DNA of 32,000 nt from Promethearchaeota archaeon (GCA_048938295.1 JBHLMI010000004.1:60001-92000), one strand, 5' to 3'. Shown: positions 8,570 to 18,883, counted from the first letter of the stretch. The notes: generated by a model from the letters alone, not told the origin. Translations and numbers: made by a program.

Positions 8570-9382
8570 TTAGCGTTTGTTATCCCTTGCAAGGGCTTTG
8601 CGGAGCGCCTGAACAGTTTCAGCGACTTCCTTGTCTTGTTGAACCGCTCGAAGAAAAATCTCTTCAAGTGATCCGTGGGCTTTCACCATCTCTCCAAGTT
8701 CATCGACTGTTCCCTCGGCAACCATTTTCCCATCATCGATGATCCCAATCCGATTACACAAACTTTCAGCTACCTCGAGAATATGGCTACTGAATAAAAT
8801 ACCCCCACCATTTTCCAGGTGGATGCTCAGAATGTCTTTAAACACCCGGACGGTTCGAGCGTCCAACCCACTGAAAGGCTCATCGAGAACTAAAAGCGGA
8901 GGATCGTGGATAAGCGCAGAAATGATACTGGCTTTCTGACGATTTCCATGACTTAATGCTGCAATCGGCTTATCGTAATGCTCTCGGAATTCGAAGGCAT
9001 CGACTAGCGAAGTTATGCGTTGCTTTGTTTCCCATTCGTCAAGTTGTCGAATGGATGCAATGAAATTGAAGAATTCACGGGGAGTGAGTGATTCATAGAG
9101 AATATGGTCTTCGGGGACCAGACCAATCCGGCTCTTGACTTCGATGGGCTGGTTCATTGGATCGAAGCCAAATACTTCAACTTCACCTTGAGTCGGGGGT
9201 AACAAACCACTGACTATTTTTACGGTGGTTGTTTTTCCAGCACCGTTGGGACCAAGAAGTCCATAGATTTCACCTGCTCGCACTTCAAAGGATAAATGAT
9301 CAACTGCAACGGTCCGCCCGAAATTACGAACTAGATCGTGGGCAATGATGGGTCGACCATTACCCTTCACAGTTTGGGTCAT
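8570..9382 (-). CDS. ABC transporter ATP-binding protein
   Basis: Walker A GPNGAGKTT, signature LSHGN, Walker B LVLDEP, H-loop FSSH. Confidence 0.95.
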   Translation of the reverse strand: MTQTVKGNGRPIIAHDLVRNFGRTVAVDHLSFEVRAGEIYGLLGPNGAGKTTTVKIVSGLLPPTQGEVEVFGFDPMNQPIEVKSRIGLVPEDHILYESLTPREFFNFIASIRQLDEWETKQRITSLVDAFEFREHYDKPIAALSHGNRQKASIISALIHDPPLLVLDEPFSGLDARTVRVFKDILSIHLENGGGILFSSHILEVAESLCNRIGIIDDGKMVAEGTVDELGEMVKAHGSLEEIFLRAVQQDKEVAETVQALRKALARDNKR

Positions 9383-9448
9383 ATTGACTCACAAGAAGCC
9401 TTAGAGAATCTAAGGCTAAATAATTTCTGAAGATAGCAGATTCTTGAT

Positions 9449-10657
9449 TCACGATTCCTGTTGCCGACGATGTACAAAGATGATAAGGAGTGCAGCTACC
9501 ACACTAAAGAGTGCCATGAGGAAGAATCCGGCAACCCAAGTACCGAAGATGAAAAAGCTCAATGTTACAAGGGGAATCCCAAATAATGCACCGAGTCCAA
9601 AGCGGGTGAAGAAACTCCACCCAAAGACTTGGCCACGACTTTCAGGATTTGATAGATCCGCAACCATGGTGTTGGTGGCAGCTTGAGCAGCGAAAAATGA
9701 AAAACCAAATAGCATAACCGCTGCAATGAGTAACAGGTCACTCCAAATAATTGGAACGTATGGGATGGACAGGAGAAGCAAGGCACCACCACATAAAAGC
9801 GTCATTCCCGCGAGGGTTCTAGGCCAGCCATATCGATCTGTGAGTCGTCCACCGATTTCTTGGCCAAAGATGCCGCCAACATATACGAGGGTGCCGATGA
9901 ACCCTGCAATGACAAGTAGGGCACCCAGCTCCAATGTGATATAGACTGGGAGGGCAGTTACTGTTCCACGGTATAGCATTCCTCTTGCAACAAGGATCAC
10001 GGAAACAACAAGCATTACAACGGGAGTTACAAAACTAAAGAATCCTCTGCCTTGCTTTAATTCCGAATTCGGTGGGACTTTCACATCATAGACTTGAACC
10101 CGAACACGGAGAGTTACAAAGGCGATTACGATTCCAATTGCAGCTAAAAAAAGAAAAATGACCGGCCAGAAAATCGTGCTTAGAATTAATGCTGAAATGA
10201 GCGGTGCCATCATTTGCCCAATACTTCCTCCAATGCCATGGCGACCCAACGCCTTCCCTCGGTTTTTATGGAAAGTATTAGAAACCCACGTCGTCCCCGC
10301 AGGGTGGTATAGTCCTGCCCCAAAGGCATAGGTCATAAAGAAAAAGGCGATCACACTGATACCCAATGGCCAAAGAAAGAATAGTGCAATACCTGATAGC
10401 ACGGAGAGCATTAAACCCATGGCAATCACTTTCCGGGGACCAATCCGGTCACACAGAAAGCCTGCAGGAATCGCTCCAAACCCAAAAACGAAGTAGGCTG
10501 GGGTATTGAGCAACAAAACGACCAACCACTCAGAACCAGGGAGAATCGGAGTCACAAGAAGTAACTTGGTAGTAATGTAGGGGAGTGCAAGCATTAGCAA
10601 GTGAACCAGACCATGGGCGGCACCCGTGATTACCAAAGTCGTATTTTGTTGGTTCAC
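9449..10657 (-). CDS. MFS transporter
   Basis: Motif A GFLCDRIGPRKV and GRLTDRYGWPR, YHPAG motif, about 12 TM segments. Confidence 0.9.
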   Translation of the reverse strand: MNQQNTTLVITGAAHGLVHLLMLALPYITTKLLLVTPILPGSEWLVVLLLNTPAYFVFGFGAIPAGFLCDRIGPRKVIAMGLMLSVLSGIALFFLWPLGISVIAFFFMTYAFGAGLYHPAGTTWVSNTFHKNRGKALGRHGIGGSIGQMMAPLISALILSTIFWPVIFLFLAAIGIVIAFVTLRVRVQVYDVKVPPNSELKQGRGFFSFVTPVVMLVVSVILVARGMLYRGTVTALPVYITLELGALLVIAGFIGTLVYVGGIFGQEIGGRLTDRYGWPRTLAGMTLLCGGALLLLSIPYVPIIWSDLLLIAAVMLFGFSFFAAQAATNTMVADLSNPESRGQVFGWSFFTRFGLGALFGIPLVTLSFFIFGTWVAGFFLMALFSVVAALLIIFVHRRQQES

Positions 10658-10831
10658 CGTTCATATCCCCGAATAATCAGTCTAAGTAGGTGCGGGCTAT
10701 TCAGTCTGCCCTTTAAGTTTTTTCACATCAATTAGGACTGCATGGATGAACACCTTTGAAGGTTTCCTTAAATGATGCAAAGAGATTAAATCGCAGAATG
10801 ATTGGGTACCCCTACTATCTGAGGGTATACC

Positions 10832-12226
10832 ATGGAAGCTAGTGCAGAACCACCAGCAGCAAAGCCCTGGGCGGGTCGTGATCGGGCAACCTACGCTATT
10901 CTATTCATTCTAGGAATAACCATCGCGGCAGCCAGTGCCCTCTTACCCCCAATGACCGGGATCTTGGTTGTGAGTTTAGGTGTTCCTTCAGATGCATGGA
11001 TTGCCCTCATTGTCACCATCTTCCTATTGATCTCGGGGTTTGCGGCTATCCCTTGGGCATATATGGCAGATCGGTCCACCCGACGAAAACTCCTAATCAT
11101 TAGTACATTCTTCTGGGTGTTTTGGTTCATCCCCATTCTTCTCCCTTTTATCACCTATTGGCAACTCCTGCTCTTCTACAGCCTTGCAGCAATTGGTGTC
11201 GGTGCCGCCGGTCCCCTTTCGCTCTCCATGACCATCGATTGCGTACCGGCCCATTATCGCTCCACAACAATCGGATTACTGGCTACTGCTGCTGGGGCAG
11301 GTTACGGTCTTGGCTTCATCATTGCAGGTCTGTTAGTCGAAGCCTTTGGCTGGCAAACTCCATTTCTTGTAATCACTGTTGTCGGATTCGTTACGGGATT
11401 ACTTCTATTTCTTACACGTGAACCACCCGTGGCACAGCACGAGGAATGTCTCATTGATTTACAATCCACCGGTACCGTTTATAGTTACAAACTCAATGTG
11501 AAAGACTTACGCCGTATGTGGCAGAAACACTCCAATATCTGGCTCATTATCGTTGGAATCATCGCCATCATTCCCACGGCCGCATTTGGAGCTTGGGCTG
11601 TCCGCTGGCTAAATGTCGATCACAGCCTGAGCATCTTTGTTGCCACAATTTTCATGACCCTTGCGTTGGCAAGCCAAATCATCGGAACAGCCGTCTTTGG
11701 CAGATTAGGTGATTATTTCTACCAGAAGAATCGGCGTGGCCGAGCCTATCTCATCCTTCTGTGTTGCCTCGCCGCAGGACCCATCTTGATCGTCGCAAGC
11801 CTTTATCCTTTCACTGTTGCGCCATCAGCTACGATTTGGGACCTCTTCTTCAACCCACCAACCTTTGTTTTTTTCCTCCTCGTGTTTATTGGTACCTTCT
11901 TTGATGCAGGAATCAGTCCCCTGATTTATGTCAGCGCCAGTGATGTGAATTCTCCAGAGATCAGGAGCACCGCTCTCTCCATCAATATGCTCGCTCATGT
12001 GGTCGGTGTAGCCCTTGGAACTCTAGTTGTTCCCATCTTTGCTGTAGGATGGTTTGTTGGATTTTATTCACAAGCTTTTGCCATCATCTGCCTTTTCTTC
12101 TTCGTTAGTGCAGCAGCAACTCTGCCCATCATACGTAGTGTTCGGAAAGACATCACAACGACCGAAAAAGACACCCGACAACGGTTCGAATACCAATCAG
12201 GGAAAGACGGGTTAGTGGAAACCTAA
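10832..12226 (+). CDS. MFS transporter (spinster-like features)
   Basis: AYMADRSTRRKLL, GRLGDYFYQKNRRGR and DVNSPEIRSTA motifs, about 12 TM segments. The subfamily call is tentative. Confidence 0.85.
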   Translation: MEASAEPPAAKPWAGRDRATYAILFILGITIAAASALLPPMTGILVVSLGVPSDAWIALIVTIFLLISGFAAIPWAYMADRSTRRKLLIISTFFWVFWFIPILLPFITYWQLLLFYSLAAIGVGAAGPLSLSMTIDCVPAHYRSTTIGLLATAAGAGYGLGFIIAGLLVEAFGWQTPFLVITVVGFVTGLLLFLTREPPVAQHEECLIDLQSTGTVYSYKLNVKDLRRMWQKHSNIWLIIVGIIAIIPTAAFGAWAVRWLNVDHSLSIFVATIFMTLALASQIIGTAVFGRLGDYFYQKNRRGRAYLILLCCLAAGPILIVASLYPFTVAPSATIWDLFFNPPTFVFFLLVFIGTFFDAGISPLIYVSASDVNSPEIRSTALSINMLAHVVGVALGTLVVPIFAVGWFVGFYSQAFAIICLFFFVSAAATLPIIRSVRKDITTTEKDTRQRFEYQSGKDGLVET

Positions 12227-12298
12227 TCAGGTTTTTAAGCCATAACTCGACCCTAACATTCACTATTCTTTATCCACCCATTGCAAAGGTGTCCACTC

Positions 12299-13321
12299 AT
12301 GACAAAATCAGCAGTAAAGATGGGTCTTGTGAGTACCGGAGTTTACCTACCCAAGCATCGGCATACCGCCGCATATATCTCCGAACAGACTAGAATACCT
12401 GAAGACATCCTCAAAACGAAGTTCGGACTTACTAGTAAAACGGTAGGTGGCCCAGAGGATGGACCAGTCACTATGGGAATCCGGGCAGCCAACACTGCGT
12501 TACAGAAGACCAAGGAGATTTCTGCTGAGGATATTGATGTTGTGTTATGGACTGGCGAGACATTCATTGAACGACCAATGCAAGTCGCTGGAGTTAAACT
12601 CGCCTATGAGATTGGAGCTACGAATGCCTGGGCCTTGGATCTAAGCGCCCGGTGTGCGACGCTCATGGGCGGCATCCGGCTTGCAAAAGCCCTCATGGCG
12701 GCTGAATCCGATGTTCGTACGGTGCTCCTGGCAAGTGGCTACCAAAACTGTGATTTAATCAATTACAAAAACGAACGGAGTCGATTCATGTTTAGCCTGG
12801 CAGCAAGTGGTGTCGCAGCCCTCCTCCAACGCGATTACCCCCACAATCAGGTATTAGAAACCGCCATCATCACCGACGGTGCCTTTGCGGATGATGTGTA
12901 CTGTCCAGCCGGAGGAACGGAGATGCCTGTTACTTGTGAGGCTATTGAACAAGGATTACAATACCTCGATGTCCCGGATCCACCAAGCATGAAAGAAAGG
13001 CTAGATAAGCTGTCCATGCACAACTTCCTTCGTGTCGTCAAAGAAGCCACGGAACAAAGTGGTTATTCCATCGCGGATATCGATTATCTAGCCCTCCTCC
13101 ACATGAAGCGCTCCGCCTTTACCTATGTGCTCCAAGAACTCGGTTTGACGATGGCTCAGACAACCTACTTTGAAGAGTGGGGTCACATGGGACAAAATGA
13201 TGCAATTATCTCCATCGAAGAGGGATTGAAAACCGGAAAAATCAAAGCCGGTGATTTGGTAGTTCTGGCTGCTGCAGGGATTGGATATACATGGTCGGCG
13301 ACATCGATCAAATGGGGCTAG
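12299..13321 (+). CDS. 3-oxoacyl-ACP synthase III-like condensing enzyme (Cys-His-His variant)
   Basis: G.YLP N-terminus, catalytic Cys in SARCAT, His in ALLHMK, GHMGQND, GDLVVLAAAGIGYTW. ATG 12299 follows an AGGTGT RBS. Confidence 0.85.
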   Translation: MTKSAVKMGLVSTGVYLPKHRHTAAYISEQTRIPEDILKTKFGLTSKTVGGPEDGPVTMGIRAANTALQKTKEISAEDIDVVLWTGETFIERPMQVAGVKLAYEIGATNAWALDLSARCATLMGGIRLAKALMAAESDVRTVLLASGYQNCDLINYKNERSRFMFSLAASGVAALLQRDYPHNQVLETAIITDGAFADDVYCPAGGTEMPVTCEAIEQGLQYLDVPDPPSMKERLDKLSMHNFLRVVKEATEQSGYSIADIDYLALLHMKRSAFTYVLQELGLTMAQTTYFEEWGHMGQNDAIISIEEGLKTGKIKAGDLVVLAAAGIGYTWSATSIKWG

Positions 13322-13333
13322 CGGATAACGCCC

Positions 13334-13495
13334 CTACATCTGTTTCAGATGGCGTTCCAAACAGCTGAGTTGATGCTCAGCACCTTCAAGATTCCCCTCT
13401 GCAATAAATTTCCGAGCGGTGGTCACGTGTTTCAGGGCACAGCCCTTGAAATCGTTAGTATAATCACATTTCTGGCATTTGTCTTCTGACATCAT
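13334..13495 (-). CDS. 53-aa Cys/His-rich microprotein (not in the ORF track)
   Basis: MMSEDKCQKCDYTNDFKGCALKHVTTARKFIAEGNLEGAEHQLSCLERHLKQM*. AGGTGA RBS 5 nt upstream; stop lies 12 nt from the convergent neighbour's stop. Confidence 0.7.
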   Translation of the reverse strand: MMSEDKCQKCDYTNDFKGCALKHVTTARKFIAEGNLEGAEHQLSCLERHLKQM

Positions 13496-13637
13496 AGAAT
13501 TCACCTAGTCGTGCATGGAGCATAGATGTTCCTCTTATGCTTTATGCGTCTTCGGATTCTGATGGAGCGATTCCTACAAAGCAAAGAACACCAGAGTCCA
13601 TGGCGAAGGCATACAGCGTCGGAAAACACTTCAAGCC

Positions 13638-15551
13638 CTAGGCGGGCAGAACTCTGATTGAACAGACACCAGCAACCTGAACATGGAGTGCAACAAGTTG
13701 TGGATTATCAGTTTCTTCTAACGATAAATTAGGTGGATCCACTCGATAACCTTCAGGATAATGCAGATCAGGAATATAGAGGATGGTGGGTGCATCGATG
13801 TTGGGATTTGCATAGAATTCAAACTGGAAGACCTTCCGTTTCAACGAGAAAGACATGGACAATGGTGTACCAGCGACAGCAACAAAGTGAGGACGACAGA
13901 ACCCCTGTATCGCTCGCCCACCACTGTCAATGCCTGCTGGATCGGTTTGCTGGGAAGTACTAAAAATAGAGAAATCTTCCTGGTTCCACTGATCCCCCCA
14001 GGTGTTCTCATTATCAGCAGTGTAATTCCACAACATCGAATGGAGCAAGTTGGTATCCATGGCGGTATAATACATCGAGAGCGCCTTGATGTGGTTTTGC
14101 CAGGCCTTCTGTGGTTGCGTCTTCCATAGCCGAAAAGCCTCTCGGTTGTTAAGGTCAAAGCTGAGGCCAAATTCCCCAATGATTGTCGGAATCCCTCCAC
14201 GCACCTCACGGGATCGAGCTTGGATTTTGGCAAGTTGCCGGTTATACATCCTTTGCACATTACCAGTTCCAAGCACGAGTTTGTTGCGAGTTGTATCATA
14301 ACTTAACCAACCGCGAAAGCGTTTCATCCCCACCATGATCTCATCATACCAATGGGAGCCGCTCAGACTGTTCTCTGGTGGATTCCTGAAGAACGCTTCT
14401 CCTCGCATACCAGCTTCAGGAGGAGGCTGAATCCCTATCAATGTCTCAGGGCAGATGCTTCGAATCTCATCAGCAAACCTGTGGACAAAGGGGGACAAAA
14501 ACTGCTCCAGAAAATCCACAGGCGCACCCTTGTGAACTTGGAAAAAGTCTCTTTGCAGAATCACAGGTTCTCCATTTTGGTCAACCTCCCAGACCCCATG
14601 TTGCCGCCAGATAGGCTCGTGACCATCTAGCCAGCAGGAAATTCCATTGGGATTAAGAACCTCTCGGCGAACCTCTCGCACAGCGAAGCGCTTGATGAGA
14701 CTATAAGGGATTTCACGAGGGAAGCCTGAACCCAACGCCATAGCATCGAAGGGTTTGATGCCATAGAAGAGCTCACGGGAGATGGCAAAACCTGCACCTT
14801 CCACCCCTGTTCCAATCCAGCCCGGACTTGGTTCATTCATGACCTCGAAGCCGATCACAAATGGATTGTCACGAACACGGTTTGCCACCTGCTTGAGGGC
14901 AGCAATGTAGTGGTCTTGGAGATAGTCCTGAATTGGGACACCAGAAACCTTGCATAGGTGAGCGAATGCATTGCCACCAAAAAAGAGCGTGAACATGGTA
15001 CAGGTTGCAAGGCGCCCGTAGTTTTGAAGCCAAGACATTTGTGGGTAGGCATCTGGATCATTGGGATCATAGCGATTTTGCATCACGAACGCCGCGGCGG
15101 ACTCGTCGAATTTCGTAACATCAAGGCCGACCTTTTCAAAGGTCCATATTGGAGCCCCGTCGCCACCTGCAGCTCGACTCCACACATCCTGGTGCGGATC
15201 AATGAAAGAATAGAGTTGATGTTCTGCGGCGATTTTCAAGACCTCTTCAACGTAATCCAAATACTCCTTATCATAGCGTTTGGGACCAGAGTGTTCAATC
15301 GCTTCCCAGGTTACGATGAACCGAAGAGCATTGAAGCCCCAGTGCCGGATGCGACGGAAATGCGTTGTTGCATCTTTGAGTGGAAATGGGCGACCAATGA
15401 AAGAAACCTCATAATCAGTGAAATCAGTCTTGCGATGGGTGGCACCATCTGGTGTGAAAGGCACTTTGGAACTGCCTCCAAGGTTTACACCCCGAAGCAA
15501 AACCTTCCGCCCAGCCGAATCTCGAAACCACTCATTTTCGATGGTAAGCAT
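13638..15551 (-). CDS. GH5 endoglycoceramidase / steryl-glucosidase-like glycoside hydrolase (GH5_12-like) with a C-terminal beta domain
   Basis: RGVNLGGSSK.P, SFIGRPFPL, WGFNALRFIVTWEAIEH, HQDVWSR, acid/base MNEP, nucleophile IGEFG, WNYT. No signal peptide is apparent. Confidence 0.85.
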   Translation of the reverse strand: MLTIENEWFRDSAGRKVLLRGVNLGGSSKVPFTPDGATHRKTDFTDYEVSFIGRPFPLKDATTHFRRIRHWGFNALRFIVTWEAIEHSGPKRYDKEYLDYVEEVLKIAAEHQLYSFIDPHQDVWSRAAGGDGAPIWTFEKVGLDVTKFDESAAAFVMQNRYDPNDPDAYPQMSWLQNYGRLATCTMFTLFFGGNAFAHLCKVSGVPIQDYLQDHYIAALKQVANRVRDNPFVIGFEVMNEPSPGWIGTGVEGAGFAISRELFYGIKPFDAMALGSGFPREIPYSLIKRFAVREVRREVLNPNGISCWLDGHEPIWRQHGVWEVDQNGEPVILQRDFFQVHKGAPVDFLEQFLSPFVHRFADEIRSICPETLIGIQPPPEAGMRGEAFFRNPPENSLSGSHWYDEIMVGMKRFRGWLSYDTTRNKLVLGTGNVQRMYNRQLAKIQARSREVRGGIPTIIGEFGLSFDLNNREAFRLWKTQPQKAWQNHIKALSMYYTAMDTNLLHSMLWNYTADNENTWGDQWNQEDFSIFSTSQQTDPAGIDSGGRAIQGFCRPHFVAVAGTPLSMSFSLKRKVFQFEFYANPNIDAPTILYIPDLHYPEGYRVDPPNLSLEETDNPQLVALHVQVAGVCSIRVLPA

Positions 15552-15655
15552 CCAGATTAACCCCGTGTGTGTTCATTTCTTACCGATTGCCGGAATAAGT
15601 CTACTTTTTGTATAACTTACGTATTGCTAATTCAAAGTAACGGAGGTTCACCACA

Positions 15656-16141
15656 ATGACTAATTGGATTAGAACCGCCTTTGGCGATGCCCTCCACGGA
15701 AAAAACGCCCATTACGATGTCCTCAAAGCCCTCCGTGGCATCACAGCTGAAGACGCCCAAAAACGACCAGTCGCAAATGACCGATCCATTTGGCACCAGC
15801 TCTACCACATTGTCTTTTGGCACGATATCACCCTACAAGTGATTGAAGACAAAGACATTGATTGGAAAGCCATCCAAGACACAGACTGGCCAACTGATGA
15901 CACCAAACTCACCGAAAAGGGTTGGGAGGACCTCGTAGAAAGCTTTGAAAATCATGTTGTTCAGCTCAAAGAAATTGCTGAAAAGGCAGATTTGGATAAA
16001 ATCCTCAAAGGACTTGGAAACACGCCACTTGGACGCGGGATTATCATCGAATTCCAACACAACAGTTATCACATCGGGCAAATCGTCCTCCTCCGAAAGA
16101 TTTTGGGAATCTGGCCACCACCAGAAGACGAGAAAGCGTAA
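15656..16141 (+). CDS. DinB/YfiT-family metalloprotein
   Basis: SIWHQLYHIVFW and QHNSYHIGQI His motifs. GGAGGT RBS. Confidence 0.85.
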   Translation: MTNWIRTAFGDALHGKNAHYDVLKALRGITAEDAQKRPVANDRSIWHQLYHIVFWHDITLQVIEDKDIDWKAIQDTDWPTDDTKLTEKGWEDLVESFENHVVQLKEIAEKADLDKILKGLGNTPLGRGIIIEFQHNSYHIGQIVLLRKILGIWPPPEDEKA

Positions 16142-16392
16142 CCTAACCCAGTATCGTAAGTGGTGCTCACGCCCGACGAGGTGCGCTATAAGGCTGAAAG
16201 AAGAATAAGGGGTAGAGTAGACATTTCCTCCATAGGATCACGCCCCATATTCGTATAGCCTCATGACCGCCGCACTCTAACGGTAGCCCTCAAAATCCTC
16301 GTCTCAAATAACTGGAAAGATCTCTCCATGATGAGAGTGCTACTTGCCATTAGGAAAAGTCTTGAAAACCTGCAGTTCCTGACTGTAGAGGG

Positions 16393-17958
16393 TTAGTCTG
16401 CAAAGTCCACAGCTTGTTTTTCCAGCTTGCGTCGATTGATTTTTCCAGTGCTCGTTAATGGCAGTTCATGAAGGAAAATGACTCTCTTGGGAACTTTGTA
16501 TCGAGCTAATTTCGACCGCATATATTCTTTCAACGCCGCCTCAGAAATGTTTCTACCTTGCTTTATGACAACGAAGGCGACGGGAACTTCACCCCATTTT
16601 TCATCTGGCATCCCGACAACTGCCACAGCATCCACCATCTCATGGGTGTCCAACACTCGTTCAATTTCAACCGGAAAGATGTTCTCGCCACCACTGATAA
16701 TTAATTGCTTCTTTCGTCCCGTAATGAAGACCAAGCCCTCGTCGTCTTGCCGGGCAAGGTCACCGGTGTGCACCCACCCATCGGGTTCGATGGTCTCCTG
16801 GGTAGCCGTGGGATTATTCCAATAGCCACTGAACGCGTGTGGGCCACGGAGTAGGAGCTCTCCGACCTCTCCTTGGGGGAGCTCTTCGAGGTCTCCGTTA
16901 ACAATGCGAATTTCATTATGGAAGAAAGGTAACCCAACAGCCGTAGGTTTTTGTCTTGATACGCCTGGGGGCATGTAGAAGTTATTGGGACCCACCTCGG
17001 TGAGTCCATAGCCCATGGCGAACTCTTGGTCCCGTTTCCAGAAAGATTCCATGATTGAGACGGGACAGGGTGCGCCGCCACTGAGCCAGAAGCGTACTGA
17101 GCTGAAATCCGTCGCGTTGAACTCAGGGGTATTAATCATCATATGATACATAGTGGGCACGCCAATGATTATGGTGCACCGTTCCTCCTCGATTCGCCGC
17201 AGCGTGTCGATGGCATCGAATTTTTGCCATAGGAGAATCCGTGCACCCACATGGAAGAGAGGAATAAGGAGAACATTCCAGCCACCGGTGTGGAATAATG
17301 GGAAAATAACTGGGCTTACATCGGTTGGGCTGAGTCCCCAGTTAACGATGGTGTTGATGGAGTTCCAGAAGACGTGGCGGTGTGACAGAATGGCCCCCTT
17401 GGGGAGGCCAGTTGTACCGCCGGTGGGGAGGATGAAGAAGGGATCTTCAAACCGAATTACCGGACGTGGAGGTGGATTGGGAGATTGCTTCTTAAGAGTT
17501 TGACCATAGGATTGAGTATCCGAAAGCGTGGTCTTATCAACAGCGAAAAAGTGGGTGATGCTGGGGGTATTGGGGCGAATTTCTTCGATAACCTTGTCGA
17601 AGGTGCTTTCATGGATGAGAACCTTGGGTGTTACGTTGGCGATGTATTCCTTGTGTTCGGCAGCAGCTAAGCGGACATTCAGGGGGACAAGGATAGCGCC
17701 TAGTTTTCCACAGGCAGCGAAGGCATCGATGCATTCGACGCGGTTGTTGAGCATAAAGGCGACCCGATCACCCTGGTGGACACCAACTTTTCGAAGTTGA
17801 TTGGCAAGTTGGTTGCCCCGTTGGTTGAGTGCATCGTAGGTGTAGCGTCGATTGTTGTCAACGTCGAAGAGGGCTTCACGAGTGGGAGTGAGGGCTGCGC
17901 GTCGTCCGAGCCAGTCACCAATCCAGTGCCAGTCTTCAGGAGGTGAGATGTCCATCAT
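16393..17958 (-). CDS. Long-chain acyl-CoA synthetase / AMP-binding enzyme
   Basis: PTGGTTGLPKG P-loop, GYGLTE, HTGD, GRKKQLIISGGENIFP, GKI. AGGTGA RBS. Confidence 0.92.
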   Translation of the reverse strand: MMDISPPEDWHWIGDWLGRRAALTPTREALFDVDNNRRYTYDALNQRGNQLANQLRKVGVHQGDRVAFMLNNRVECIDAFAACGKLGAILVPLNVRLAAAEHKEYIANVTPKVLIHESTFDKVIEEIRPNTPSITHFFAVDKTTLSDTQSYGQTLKKQSPNPPPRPVIRFEDPFFILPTGGTTGLPKGAILSHRHVFWNSINTIVNWGLSPTDVSPVIFPLFHTGGWNVLLIPLFHVGARILLWQKFDAIDTLRRIEEERCTIIIGVPTMYHMMINTPEFNATDFSSVRFWLSGGAPCPVSIMESFWKRDQEFAMGYGLTEVGPNNFYMPPGVSRQKPTAVGLPFFHNEIRIVNGDLEELPQGEVGELLLRGPHAFSGYWNNPTATQETIEPDGWVHTGDLARQDDEGLVFITGRKKQLIISGGENIFPVEIERVLDTHEMVDAVAVVGMPDEKWGEVPVAFVVIKQGRNISEAALKEYMRSKLARYKVPKRVIFLHELPLTSTGKINRRKLEKQAVDFAD

Positions 17959-17992
17959 AATCCATCACCTAATCAGTCTGAACATTTCAAGA

Positions 17993-18772
17993 TTAGGTTC
18001 TTCCATCAATTCCGGCTAGAAAATCTAAAACGAGCTGATTAAATTCTTCAGGATTATCAACAGGCGTCATATGGGAGGTACTCTTCATCACCACGAATTT
18101 CGCATTTGGTATCCAGTCTTTCAATTGCTCTGCATGCCACATGGGAACAGTCTCATCTTTCTCTCCTTGAATAATGAGGGTGGGAGCTTGAATTTCCTTC
18201 AACTCATCCGCAATGTTAAATCCTGCAGTCGAGAGAATCGCTAACCGATAATCAGTTCGATTGACTCTACGAATCATTTCCCTTACATGGTTCTTAGCTT
18301 CATCCGAAGCCAAGCGAAGAATCTTTTTGGCGCCCCAGTTAGCAAACCAATTCATATCATGTTCAGAGATAAGGGTCAACCGGTCAGAGACCGCGTAATC
18401 AGCGATCATCGCGGCAGAATCTGCTAATACAAGTCCTTTGACTAGATGAGGGTATTTGATGGCTAAAACTTCGGCAACCATCCCACCCATCGAAAGGCCA
18501 CATACATAAGCTTGGGTAATTTTCAGCTGTTCTAAGAAATAATTCAAATCATCAGCATGAGAATGAACCCGATATTCTCTTTGAGGCTTCGAGGACTTGC
18601 CAAAGCCTTTCAAATCAACAGCAATCACATGATAATGCTTTGAGAAAGGGTCGAATTGGTATCGCCAACTTGTCAAGTCGCTTAATAACCCGTGGATTAA
18701 TAGGAGTGGAAAACCTTTGCCAGCTTCTTCATAATAAAGCGTAATTTCCTCGTTGATTTTAACTTCAGGCAT
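17993..18772 (-). CDS. Alpha/beta hydrolase (enol-lactonase-like)
   Basis: LIHG oxyanion motif, DLKGFGKS, nucleophile elbow GLSMGG, catalytic Asp region GEKD, His in SHMTP. Confidence 0.92.
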   Translation of the reverse strand: MPEVKINEEITLYYEEAGKGFPLLLIHGLLSDLTSWRYQFDPFSKHYHVIAVDLKGFGKSSKPQREYRVHSHADDLNYFLEQLKITQAYVCGLSMGGMVAEVLAIKYPHLVKGLVLADSAAMIADYAVSDRLTLISEHDMNWFANWGAKKILRLASDEAKNHVREMIRRVNRTDYRLAILSTAGFNIADELKEIQAPTLIIQGEKDETVPMWHAEQLKDWIPNAKFVVMKSTSHMTPVDNPEEFNQLVLDFLAGIDGRT

Positions 18773-18883
18773 GAAAACGCCTCAGAGACTGTGTTGTAGG
18801 CTAAATGGGGGTGTTCCATTCATGCTTATATATCTTAAGCGTAGGAAGGAGTCATTACAACCTCGCAAACGAGAGTTGATCAT

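Noticed and set aside
14958-15560. 200-aa plus-strand ORF
   Set aside because: Antisense shadow of the GH5 gene, with no recognisable motifs.
16142-16392. 250-nt gap between the convergent DinB and acyl-CoA synthetase genes
   Set aside because: Only very short ORFs (about 22 aa) without an RBS, and no tRNA-like or strong hairpin structure.
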